A stretch of DNA of 60,453 bases from Proteromonas lacertae. Its lineage: Eukaryota. Shown one piece after another: positions 1-11,900 of the stretch; positions within the stretch are counted from its first letter, which is position 1, and every line of letters starts with the position of its first letter. Position numbers and translations under genes: made by a program. The notes under the pieces are model-generated. The model had not been told where the DNA came from, did no database searches, and saw nothing but the letters and a program-made list of their open reading frames with translations. The stretch is from assembly GCA_002245135.1 (NCBI GenBank), contig NGBS01000881.1:124001-184453 (forward strand). Reading direction: 5' to 3'.

Positions 1-726
1 GAAATGAATATAATGAGCATAAATGTAAAGAAATCTAAACTCTAAAGTGTGGAATGTATTAGAGAATATGAATAACAACGTATACATATAATCGATGATA
101 TTATGTTTTATAGTATGAAAATAACAAATGGATATTTACCACTCATAATTTATGTTTTGATGGTTGATGAAAAAAAAGAATCAGAGAGTATTTATTTACT
201 AAATAACTGAAAAAGTGAAGGTGTAAGATGTGATAATGGTATTGAAGAAGGATCTGTTATTTGAATGTATCATGACCTCTTTTCATATTATACTACGTTT
301 CGTGATATTTCAAACACAAATACAGCACCATCAGCTACTGTTAATCCACAAGTTATATATGTACAACCACAAATAAGTGTAGTATATCCAAATCCAAATC
401 CTCAACCAATCCCAGTGAATTATCAACCTTCAAACCCACCACTAGTTCAGCAAAGCCCTTATTTCCCTTCATCTAATATTACTCCTCAACCAAATCCTTA
501 TTATCCTCCTAATTATATACAATCACAATAATCAATACCACAGCAACCACAACAACCTATAGTATACCTTCATCAACCATATGTTGGAACAATGCAACCT
601 CCTCCACAAGCGCAACCTCTCTCACCAATACCACGTGCAGCACCATGTCTACAACCTCAGACTGGAAATAGTAACCCTCATTTAGTAAATAGTATAATTT
701 TAATTATGTTTTATTCATTAATATAG
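1..726 (+). pseudogene. 3' fragment of a gene with a Pro/Gln-rich tail; multiple in-frame stops (second copy 7695-8420, minus strand)
   Basis: The PQ-rich reading continues in frame through TAA at 529-531 (SIPQQPQQPIVY...). Upstream there are in-frame TGA codons at ~208 and ~262 and a short GT-AG intron at ~80-113. Confidence 0.6.
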
Positions 727-815
727 TGTATATTGGTGTAGTTCTCTTCCAAAATACCAAGCTAACTTTGGCGGATATTGAAATTTTGAAAATCCTTCTT
801 TGATTACTCCTGTAA

Positions 816-1790
816 ATGGAACTTTCAGTCAGCAAAATATTGTCCTTTAAGTCAGAAAAGATGCAGAATACAATAAAAGGTATGAAAGATGCAGAGAGGA
901 CATTGATTGCAGATCAAGATGCTCAACAGTCGTTATCTTCTGTAATTAAGCATGCTATTACCAGTAAAGACGTTGGTTTAATGTTGAATATCATTAAAAT
1001 CGTTGCATTAGTTGCCTCCCAGCCATCAAATGCCAAATTTTTAATCAAAGGTGATGTTGTTAAGCAACTTTACGATGTATTTACTATATTTATTTATATT
1101 ATACATGTAGATATATTCATCTTTGAGAATACAAGAAGATTTCGATAAATGCCGTAAAGTTGACTTTTTTGTCTCAATTTCAGAAATTGTAAGTGTATTA
1201 TGGTATAAATAAATAGATTGACTATGACGAAGAGGATACTGCATTAAAAGAAGACAATGATCGTCTAAGAGACTTAGTAGCTTCACAGTTTTGTGATACA
1301 CATGCAAGAGACTGCTGTAAAGAAGAGGTAAATATATTTATTTTACTATTATATATAGGATATTGAAGTGAAAAGAGAGATCATAGCCTGTATCTCAATA
1401 TTCTTGGATGGAAGTCTTGACAATGTGCTTAAGAAATATTCCACCGTGATACAATTTAAAGAGATAGCAAGAAATGTGTTAAATTGCACAGGTATGTATA
1501 AATCTATCGTTTTGTAGACTTTTCGTTGCAGTGCTCATGTATAGAGATTGTCTATAGGTTACTCATACACTCAGACAGTGAGAAATACCAAAGAAAAGTT
1601 AATTCGATTATTAATGAACTCCAAGATTGTAAACAGTATATATTTTATTATAATTTATTACTATAATTTAGAAAAACGAATATTTCTAGTGTCATTCTTC
1701 ATACACTCTAAATCTGATGAGTACCTAATTGAGACAGTCAATTGGTTGGATTTAGGTAAGGAATCAATTAGATGTTTAGTTCCTGATAAA
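816..1790 (+). pseudogene. Intron-containing helical/ARM-like gene fragment, possibly SYCP2/Red1-like N-terminus, 3'-disrupted (second copy ~6630-7605, minus strand)
   Basis: Four 26-34 nt GT-AG introns join MELSVSK...QLYD / IYSSLRI...SEI / IDYDEE...CKEE / DIEVKRE...NCT / DFSLQCSCIEIVYRLL in frame. The frame breaks after ~1637. The family call is motif-level only. Confidence 0.5.
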
Positions 1791-2711
1791 GAAATCAACA
1801 AAATAAATACCATATTTCAATATATTAAAGTGATCAGTGTCTCATTTCTTACTATTGTTTTACTAAACCAAACAGATAGCAATAATTATGATGACAATAA
1901 TGAATTTACTATACCAGAGCCAAATATTATTGGCAGTAGTAATGGTAATACAGAGATAGCTAAACCAAAGAGATTAATATGGAATAATCCAATTAACAAT
2001 TATGTTGAAGAGAAAGAAATATCTAACACAGCTACAATAAGGTTTTATAGACTTTTATAATATAATATTTAGAAATAGTAATGAAATAAAGAAAGAAAGA
2101 ACAATATCAAAAATAGTATTAATGTTACTCTTTTTTCAAATTTGTCATGCTAAAGAAGAAAATGTATAATTATTATTTTTTTTATAGAAACCAGATGATC
2201 CCAAAATAATTAATAGTATTATTATTCCTATTATAGGAATAATAATATATATTATGATAAATATTAAGTATTTTCAATACAAAATTGAAAGAAATAACAA
2301 TAAAACTAATTATTTAATAGTTATACTTATTTTGGAAGCAATGACTATCTTATTAATGGTTAATTTACATATAAGCATAGATAATATTATTTATAATAAC
2401 ATGATAATAATGGTGATGTTAGTTCTATTATCCATCATTATCTTTACAATCATTAATATATATTATGGTTATATCTTTCAAAAAAAGTATAGTATTTTGG
2501 AATGGACATCAAACATTTACTGTTCTGTGCTAAATGAAACAGAAATTTTATCAATCTTAATTATAAATTTTAATTTTATTAATAAAATAAAGACTATTGT
2601 ATTAATAATTTCATTAGTCATTGTTATTATATATTATAATATTACAAATTATAAAAATTATATTAAGATGTTGTGCGCCGTTGAGCTAAATGAGCCGTTG
2701 AGCGTCAAGAA

Positions 2712-3235
2712 TGTTGTTCCCCGTATGGCGGAAATCCCCGTATGGCGGAAATCTATATTGCAGAATGATTCAATCAAAACTAATATGATATTCATGATGT
2801 TCGGAGTTAGTTATTAACAAATATATAATTAGTTATTATAACAGTCTATAATACATTATCTGATATGAATAGAATACATTATTTTTAATGTTAAGGTAAT
2901 AAAAAAGGAAATAAAAGAGCAGGCTTGAGTGAGGCTTGAACTTATTTTTTCTTTTTTCTTTTTTAACCGCCTTAACATTAAAAATAGTGAATTCTATTCA
3001 TATCAGATAATGTATTTTAGACTGCAGTAGTCACTGATACATTAAAATAGAAAATATACAAAAATTAGTTTAATATTGAGAATAATGAAGTTCATAAAAA
3101 AGTATATCACAGATGTAGGTCATATGACAAACTAATTATATATTTGTTAATAACTAACTCCGAACATCATGAATATCATATTAGTTTTGATTGAATCATT
3201 CTGCAATATAGATTTCCGCCATACGGGGAACAACA
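2712..3235. mobile_element. Non-autonomous MITE, 524 bp, TGTTG...CAACA termini, 106-bp TIRs, 5-bp TSD AAGAA
   Basis: 2712-2834 (with an extra 17-bp CCCCGTATGGCGGAAAT duplication) is the reverse complement of 3130-3235. AAGAA flanks both ends (2707-2711, 3236-3240). A second 55-bp imperfect inverted repeat lies inside (2842-2896 / 2970-3024). Confidence 0.88.
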
Positions 3236-3499
3236 AAGAAGACTTTTTTCAATTCTAATATCATAAACGTAACCTCTGGCCTTCAATATTACTAATCAAC
3301 ACTTTTTTTCCAAAATAGTTACGTTGGCCTAATATCTTATAGTAGACATCGGGATAAAGGTTTTAAATAGAAAAGGAATACCTACTTATTACAATAAGGA
3401 TATGTACACCGAAGTTATAAACAATATTGTAATTCCTTCAGCTTACTTACAACCCAAAGAAGACAAGACCGAGGATAACCAAGAAGGAGATTTCCAAGG

Positions 3500-3507
3500 A
3501 ACCCTAA
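3500..3507 (-). repeat. Telomere-like repeat remnant AACCCTAA at the arm/spacer junction
   Basis: Sits exactly where arm identity ends; it is the C-strand of TTAGGG. Confidence 0.55.
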
Positions 3508-3754
3508 GTCATTGTTTTAGGAATATGGTATATTAATAATTATATAATCTCCAATTAGAAAGAATATGAAAAAGCAATTCCATATTATAAAACTGCTTTA
3601 GAATATCGTTTATCAATTGAAAATTTGGAATATTCAAATAGAATGATAGGAGATTGTTATTATAATATAGTATTTATATAATGATTATACTGAATAGAAA
3701 GATTATGAAGAATCAATCTCATTCTATGAGAGTTCTTTATTATTTCTTCATTTA
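3508..3754 (+). pseudogene. TPR gene fragment
   Basis: KEYEKAIPYYKTALE...IGDCYYNI / 28-nt intron / KDYEESISFYESSL. 3556-3754 is a near-identical inverted copy of 8535-8735. Confidence 0.7.
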
Positions 3755-4190
3755 ACTGATATAAATTTCCCAAATGAGGATAACTTCTTTTTATTTCCAT
3801 TAGATGGTGATGATGATGAAGATTGTATTCTAATCACTTTATATGGAGGGGGTATTACATCTTCATCAAGCGAATCTTATTGTAAAGGATATAATTGTGC
3901 TGATGCTGCATTTGATATTAATGATGATACAGTTTGGCTGGATGATTATGGTAAAGTAAGTGGTCAATCCTATGCTTGGTAGAAATAATTATTTTGCATT
4001 TAATCAATTTAAAATAGTAAGTGATGTAGCATCTTACATTAATTATCCAACCAAAGTGTCACTAACAGGGAAAGTTGGATCAGTAACATACAATTTAGGA
4101 GAAATGAACCCAGTATCTTATTTTGAATTAAAAAAGAATAAACCAAGAATTGCTACATTTAATGTTGATCCTTATACATTATGCACAGGT
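3746..4190 (+). pseudogene. Fragment of an Ig/PA14 surface-protein gene (discoidin/F5-8-like module), frameshifted
   Basis: LHLTDINFPNEDNF...CADAAFDINDDTVW... then FAFNQFKIVSD...YPTKVSLTG. This matches the FD-x-N-x2-T...W/K-x3-G modules of the giant gene. Confidence 0.6.
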
Positions 4191-4205
4191 GTTAGGGTTA
4201 GGGTT
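4191..4205 (+). repeat. Telomere-like repeat GTTAGGGTTAGGGTT
   Basis: 2.5 TTAGGG units at the switch from an AT-rich gene fragment to the GC-richer element. Confidence 0.75.
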
Positions 4206-5751
4206 TCGAATTATATATGGGACTCTGGCCACAAAGAGAGTTCTAACTAGTATTGTAAGGGTCCTCCTACGGGGTCTACTTCCCTGCGGGGATTCCTGGA
4301 AACTATTTACAAGTGTTGGTTAACTCTCCTTCCTACTCTAGTGACCTTGTAAGGGCTTTTAATAGTATCGTGGAACTTAATCGTGGAACCGGGAGTTTAC
4401 TATTGTTAACAAGTTACCAAATAGTAACTCCGGGGAATTCTAGCTAGTTGTGGATTTCAGGAGATTCCTAGAGGTAAGTTGCAAAATACTATATCCGATG
4501 CATCGATCAGGAGTACTTCAAAGAGATCACTGGCATGACTGATGAGGAAGCTTCCGTGATCAACAACCAGGAGGAAATAATGAAGGCTGCGAAGATAAAG
4601 TCCATCGCTGATTATCTATTGAAGTCCTTGACCTTACAAGTACAATTCAAGGAGTCAGAAGATAGCAGCAAGATTCCCTTTCCTATATTACCTTACAACT
4701 ACGAGGTGTTCTTAACCTAGTAATCTCTAGTCATGTCTTCAATAAGCTCATCATCTAGGTCTTGTTCATCGTGTAAGTGATGACTACTTTGGTCTCTTTC
4801 TAACTTTGGTTGTTTAACTTATTCAGTCTTGACTTCCTCAGTCTTGGCTTTCATGGATAACTCACTTGATTGTGACTCTGGCAATGGTGTTGAAGTAGGT
4901 ACAGTTCCTTGATCTTTGGCTTCTTGGAAATCTCCTTCTTGGTTATCCTCGGTCTTGTCTTCTTTGGGTTGTAAGTAAGCTGAAGGAATTACAATATTGT
5001 TTATAACTTCGGTGTACATATCCTTATTGTAATAAGTAGGTATTCCTTTTCTATTTAAAACCTTTATCCCGATGTCTACTATAAGATATTAGGCCAACGT
5101 AACTATTTTGGAAAAAAAGTGTTGATTAGTAATATTGAAGGCCAGAGGTTACGTTTATGATATTAGAATTGAAAAAAGTCTTCTTTGTTGTTCCCCGTAT
5201 GGCGGAAATCTATATTGCAGAATGATTCAATCAAAACTAATATGATATTCATGATGTTCGGAGTTAGTTATTAACAAATATATAATTAGTTTGTCATATG
5301 ACTTACATCTGTGATATACTTTTTTATGAACTTCATTATTCTCAATATTAAACTAATTTTTGTATATTTTCTATTTTAATGTATCAGTGACTACTGCAGT
5401 CTAAAATACATTATCTGATATGAATAGAATTCACTATTTTTAATGTTAAGGCGGTTAAAAAGAAAAAAGAAAAAATAAGTTCAAGCCTCACTCAAGCCTG
5501 CTCTTTTATTTCCTTTTTTATTACCTTAACATTAAAAATAATGTATTCTATTCATATCAGATAATGTATTATAGACTGTTATAATAACTAATTATATATT
5601 TGTTAATAACTAACTCCGAACATCATGAATATCATATTAGTTTTGATTGAATCATTCTGCAATATAGATTTCCGCCATACGGGGATTTCCGCCATACGGG
5701 GAACAACATTCTTGACGCTCAACGGCTCATTTAGCTCAACGGCGCACAACA
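4206..5751 (-). mobile_element. Putative degenerate host element (TGTTGTGCGCC terminus at 5751) into which the MITE inserted; shorter copy at 2669-3498
   Basis: Abrupt GC-rich terminus TGTTGTGCGCCGTTGAGC with a repeated GCCGTTGAGC motif, sharing TGTTGT with the MITE. The interior is visibly more GC-rich than the flanks and has stop-interrupted frames. No transposase or RT motif recognised. Confidence 0.45.
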
Positions 5752-8420
5752 TCTTAATATAATTTTTATAATTTGTAATATTATAATATATAATAACAAT
5801 GACTAATGAAATTATTAATACAATAGTCTTTATTTTATTAATAAAATTAAAATTTATAATTAAGATTGATAAAATTTCTGTTTCATTTAGCACAGAACAG
5901 TAAATGTTTGATGTCCATTCCAAAATACTATACTTTTTTTGAAAGATATAACCATAATATATATTAATGATTGTAAAGATAATGATGGATAATAGAACTA
6001 ACATCACCATTATTATCATGTTATTATAAATAATATTATCTATGCTTATATGTAAATTAACCATTAATAAGATAGTCATTGCTTCCAAAATAAGTATAAC
6101 TATTAAATAATTAGTTTTATTGTTATTTCTTTCAATTTTGTATTGAAAATACTTAATATTTATCATAATATATATTATTATTCCTATAATAGGAATAATA
6201 ATACTATTAATTATTTTGGGATCATCTGGTTTCTATAAAAAAAATAATAATTATACATTTTCTTCTTTAGCATGACAAATTTGAAAAAAGAGTAACATTA
6301 ATACTATTTTTGATATTGTTCTTTCTTTCTTTATTTCATTACTATTTCTAAATATTATATTATAAAAGTCTATAAAACCTTATTGTAGCTGTGTTAGATA
6401 TTTCTTTCTCTTCAACATAATTGTTAATTGGATTATTCCATATTAATCTCTTTGGTTTAGCTATCTCTGTATTACCATTACTACTGCCAATAATATTTGG
6501 CTCTGGTATAGTAAATTCATTATTGTCATCATAATTATTGCTATCTGTTTGGTTTAGTAAAACAATAGTAAGAAATGAGACACTGATCACTTTAATATAT
6601 TGAAATATGGTATTTATTTTGTTGATTTCTTTATCAGGAACTAAACATCTAATTGATTCCTTACCTAAATCCAACCAATTGACTGTCTCAATTAGGTACT
6701 CATCAGATTTAGAGTGTATGAAGAATGACACTAGAAATATTCGTTTTTCTAAATTATAGTAATAAATTATAATAAAATATATACTGTTTACAATCTTGGA
6801 GTTCATTAATAATCGAATTAACTTTTCTTTGGTATTTCTCACTGTCTGAGTGTATGAGTAACCTATAGACAATCTCTATACATGAGCACTGCAACGAAAA
6901 GTCTACAAAACGATAGATTTATACATACCTGTGCAATTTAACACATTTCTTGCTATCTCTTTAAATTGTATCACGGTGGAATATTTCTTAAGCACATTGT
7001 CAAGACTTCCATCCAAGAATATTGAGATACAGGCTATGATCTCTCTTTTCACTTCAATATCCTATATATAATAGTAAAATAAATATATTTACCTCTTCTT
7101 TACAGCAGTCTCTTGCATGTGTATCACAAAACTGTGAAGCTACTAAGTCTCTTAGACGATCATTGTCTTCTTTTAATGCAGTATCCTCTTCGTCATAGTC
7201 AATCTATTTATTTATACCATAATACACTTACAATTTCTGAAATTGAGACAAAAAAAGTCAACTTTACGGCATTTATCGAAATCTTCTTGTATTCTCAAAG
7301 ATGAATATATCTACATGTATAATATAAATAAATATAGTAAATACATCGTAAAGTTGCTTAACAACATCACCTTTGATTAAAAATTTGGCATTTGATGGCT
7401 GGGAGGCAACTAATGCAACGATTTTAATGATATTCAACATTAAACCAACGTCTTTACTGGTAATAGCATGCTTAATTACAGAAGATAACGACTGTTGAGC
7501 ATCTTGATCTGCAATCAATGTCCTCTCTGCATCTTTCATACCTTTTATTGTATTCTGCATCTTTTCTGACTTAAAGGACAATATTTTGCTGACTGAAAGT
7601 TCCATTTACAGGAGTAATCAAAGAAGGATTTTCAAAATTTCAATATCCGCCAAAGTTAGCTTGGTATTTTGGAAGAGAACTACACCAATATACACTATAT
7701 TAATGAATAAAACATAATTAAAATTATACTATTTACTAAATGAGGGTTACTATTTCCAGTCTGAGGTTGTAGACATGGTGCTGCACGTGGTATTGGTGAG
7801 AGAGGTTGCGCTTGTGGAGGAGGTTGCATTGTTCCAACATATGGTTGATGAAGGTATACTATAGGTTGTTGTGGTTGCTGTGGTATTGATTATTGTGATT
7901 GTATATAATTAGGAGGATAATAAGGATTTGGTTGAGGAGTAATATTAGATGAAGGGAAATAAGGGCTTTGCTGAACTAGTGGTGGGTTTGAAGGTTGATA
8001 ATTCACTGGGATTGGTTGAGGATTTGGATTTGGATATACTACACTTATTTGTGGTTGTACATATATAACTTGTGGATTAACAGTAGCTGATGGTGCTGTA
8101 TTTGTGTTTGAAATATCACGAAACGTAGTATAATATGAAAAGAGGTCATGATACATTCAAATAACAGATCCTTCTTCAATACCATTATCACATCTTACAC
8201 CTTCACTTTTTCAGTTATTTAGTAAATAAATACTCTCTGATTCTTTTTTTTCATCAACCATCAAAACATAAATTATGAGTGGTAAATATCCATTTGTTAT
8301 TTTCATACTATAAAACATAATATCATCGATTATATGTATACGTTGTTATTCATATTCTCTAATACATTCCACACTTTAGAGTTTAGATTTCTTTACATTT
8401 ATGCTCATTATATTCATTTC
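4923..8420 (-). repeat. Right arm of the large inverted duplication
   Basis: 8401-8420 is the reverse complement of 1-20. Identity ends at ...GATTTCCAAG (3498/4923). Confidence 0.97.
5186..5708. mobile_element. Second copy of the MITE, carried in the right arm
   Basis: TTCTT|TGTTGTTCCCC...GGGGAACAACA|TTCTT. Confidence 0.88.
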
Positions 8421-8534
8421 ATATTTTTATTTACTTTCATCGTCATTCAATTTTGATTTATTCAATGTAACTGATTTGAATGAGAATGAAACGAATTTAT
8501 TTTCAAAAACTATTCTAAATATCCTACATCTTCA

Positions 8535-8985
8535 TTAAATGAAGAATATAATAAAGAACTCTCATAGAATGAGATTGATTCTTCATAATCTTTCTATTCA
8601 GTATAATCATTATATAAATACTATATTATAATAACAATCTCCTATCATTCTATTTGAATATTCCAAATTTTCAATTGATGAACAATATTCTAAAGCAGTT
8701 TTATAATATGGAATTGCTTTTTCATATTCTTTCTATTCATTGTAGTAATTATATAAATACTATATTATAGTAACAATTTCCTGCCATTCTATTATTCGTT
8801 TCTTTATCTTTATTAGTTGAACAAAATAACAAAGCATTTCTATAATATTGATTTGCTGTTTCATATTCTTTCTATTTCTATTATATATCACACCTATACT
8901 ATATTATTATAACAGCAACCAATATGATTACTACAATAGAGTTTTTTTCATTTGTTGATGAATGTTCTAATGCTGTTTTATATAA
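8535..8985 (-). pseudogene. TPR gene fragment with short introns at the same position in successive repeats
   Basis: Repeats of YKTALE...G(C/D/N)CY(Y/N)NI-intron-KEYE(K/T)A; no start codon, with a frameshift near 8945. Confidence 0.7.
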
Positions 8986-11900
8986 TGGCTGTAGTATTTA
9001 AATCATCTATTGGTAATATAAATTTATCTTGTTGTGGTATTTCATATGTACTGTCTCCTTGAGTGTTTTGATTAATATCTCCACTTCCTAAATTATCTCG
9101 GAATATTTCTCTTCCATTTATTCTTATAATTACACCAGATTTATGAGTAAATCTAATAAAATATCCTGAATATTTATTATAATCACTAAATATTAATGGA
9201 TATCTTAAGTAATAAGTTGGATTAGACGAAGTAGCTTTATTAAGTTCATTTATTCTAGATGATGGCCATGATGAAGTAAAATTATTTAACATCCAATTTT
9301 CTTGATACATTTGACTATATTCCCACTTAGTATGTGTATCCATAAGATAAGATACTATATAATAATAATAATAAATTTATATTTATACAATCCATTGTTA
9401 TATCTTTCTTAGCATCATCATTCATATTTATAGTATATTTTCCTATCATTGAATCACCTGCATATAATGTTGCTGTTGAACCACCCCAACCATAAGTTGT
9501 ATAATCAACTAGTCTTAATGTATACCATCCTTTTGTAAGACACATTTTAATTGTATAGTCTGTATTAGCTTCAAATGTACCTTGAATTCGATTAAATATA
9601 ATATTCCCATTTGAATCCATCAATTCATAACCTACTCTTTCTGGATATTCATTTATTGACATCTTTAAACCAAATAAGAACTTTTCAGCATTTTCACAAT
9701 CATCTTCTTCAGTATTTGGTATTACATGCACTAACATATCAAATGTAGCTTTTCCTTTGCCATTAGTAGCAGTAATTGTATATTTCGTTGAATTTGTTAA
9801 ACTTCTTGCTCTTCCATATATTCTACCGGTTATATTATCAAATAGAATTCCATCAGGTAGTGCAGTTGGATTGATTGTATATGATTCAATAAATGTTTCA
9901 ATTCTTGGCATTAATAATATTTCATTACCTAAATATATAGTAACATTAGATGCGAAATATTTGAAAACTGGTAAAATTGGTTCTATATTATTATTATTAT
10001 TTATATAAATATATACCTGTATTTAAAACAATATTAGCAGATTCGTAACTATTATGGGAAGATTTATGTACTTTAACACCATTATTATATACTGTAAATG
10101 TATAATCATAAAATGCATTAGTGTAAATTGTATAGACATCAGTAGTTATACACTGACTTAGTGTAAAAGGTAAATCAACTGTTTCATAACTTGAATGATC
10201 AATAGCTGTTGTGCCATCTGAACTAACAACATTAAGAAGAGTAAAATAGCCATTATCGACATCAGATGTAAATACAAATGCATGCATACTACTTCCACTT
10301 TCACAACCACTGGTAGCTGTTAAACCAAATTTAAATTCCATTCTATCACCATCAAATGGACGAAGCATTGCTTCTATATGTAATTCTGAATTTAATTCTT
10401 CTATTGGACTACCTGAAAGTGTACTTGATTTCCAATCATAACTAAAACCAACAGGTATATTATCTAATCTAAATGATATAACATAACCTTGTTCAATATG
10501 AAATTGTAAAGAATAAAATTTACCAATTATTAAAGAAATTGTTTCTTTATATATTTCTCCTGCTTCAAGATCTTGAATATATAATCCACTTGGAGTTGCA
10601 GAAGCTATTAGATTAAATTACATTATAAAATATACTTTTAATTCCTATATAAATTGGATAAGAATATGAATTATCTTCAGTACTAACAATTGTAATTGTA
10701 TATTCTTCAACTTCATGATTAAAATCAGATTCAATTGTTCCACCAATTATTGCAGTTGTTCGACATAAAGCCATTAATCCACCTGGTAATGTTGGTTCAA
10801 CTGTTACACTTTTACAATAAAAACTTTCTACTGGAATTGCTTGATTACTAACAGTTTGACCACTTATATAAGTTGCATATCTTTGAGTCATTACAAAGTA
10901 ATCGCTTGATGGTACATAATATTCTTGAATATTATAATCATAGTTTTCATCACTGTAGTATTTCATTTGAATATCAATTTTAGCATAACCATTATGAGTT
11001 GAATAATATACTTGATACAATAAATAATCATATGTCAAAGTGTAATTGAAATAAGAAGCATCATCAAAACTATTTCGGCCAGCTTTATTTATTACCATTT
11101 CATTATTAAAATATACCCAACAACCACCTTCACACTGAACTCGAAAATTGTACACTCCTTCAGGTTGATCATCTTTTATTCTTAAATAAGATTCAAAATA
11201 AGCAGCATAATCATCTAAGAAATCAATACTCAATCCTTCTGGATGTGGATCATCTTCAGTTTCAACTATTTCTACATTTTCTTGTCTTTGAATATAAACT
11301 GGTTCAAGTCCATTGGTAGTTGGTCCATATCCTGTTTCACATAATGTGTCAAAATTATTTGGTTTATAATAATAAGCAACCACACCAGATAATGTTTTAC
11401 TAGTTACACGAATTTGAATTGTTATTTCATTTGTTTCACTATCAGAATTTTTACATTTAATTTTATAGGTTTTATAATCCATATTCTCTTGAGGATGGCT
11501 TTTTATATAATCAGTTGTAATTTCAGAACCTTCTGGTAATTCAACTTTATTACTTATCCAACAACTATCAGCAACACCTCTTAATACATGAAGTGGAGTA
11601 TAGTTATTTGCATCATTTAACCAACTAATCAATGTAGCATCAACATTTAAGAATGATATTGGATCAAAATGAGCATTAGTATATTTAAATGGAATTGTTT
11701 TTCTTTCACTACTACCAGGTGTCGAATAGTCAAATACAAAATGCATATCTAAACTTTCACCACCCATTATTTCTATAAATACTCTTTTTAAACCACTTTC
11801 TAAGGTTATACTTTTTGATAATGGTATTTCATTCCATTCTTTACATTCACCCCAATCTGATAATATCTCTTCATTTTCTAAATATATTCTAGCACCCATT

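Larger units (their letters stand above)
1..3498 (+). repeat. Left arm of a large inverted duplication (runs off the window start)
   Basis: Reverse complement of 4923-8420. ORFs 265..531, 816..1148, 1548..2060 and 2254..2817 recur identically on the minus strand. Differences I found: two homopolymer indels (~1165/7255, ~2960/5460) and one substitution (~3118/5303). Confidence 0.97.

Noticed and set aside
672..679. TAACCCTC as another telomere remnant
   Set aside because: Single imperfect unit inside a reading frame (SNPH) and not at a demonstrable junction.
1..726. Alternative genetic code (TAA=Gln, TGA=Trp) suggested by in-frame stops
   Set aside because: Intact genes end in TAA (SLC34, Rho after its CAAX, PHD) and multi-kb exons contain no internal stops. 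Pseudogene decay explains these cases.
2254..2817. 187-aa hydrophobic ORF (and its copy 5603-6166) as a real membrane protein
   Set aside because: It is an AT-rich Ile/Asn frame that runs across element boundaries into the MITE TIR.
2669..5751. A single 3-kb transposon with ~830-bp TIRs
   Set aside because: The inverted identity continues 2.6 kb beyond both ends and there is no direct TSD, so the symmetry comes from the larger duplication.
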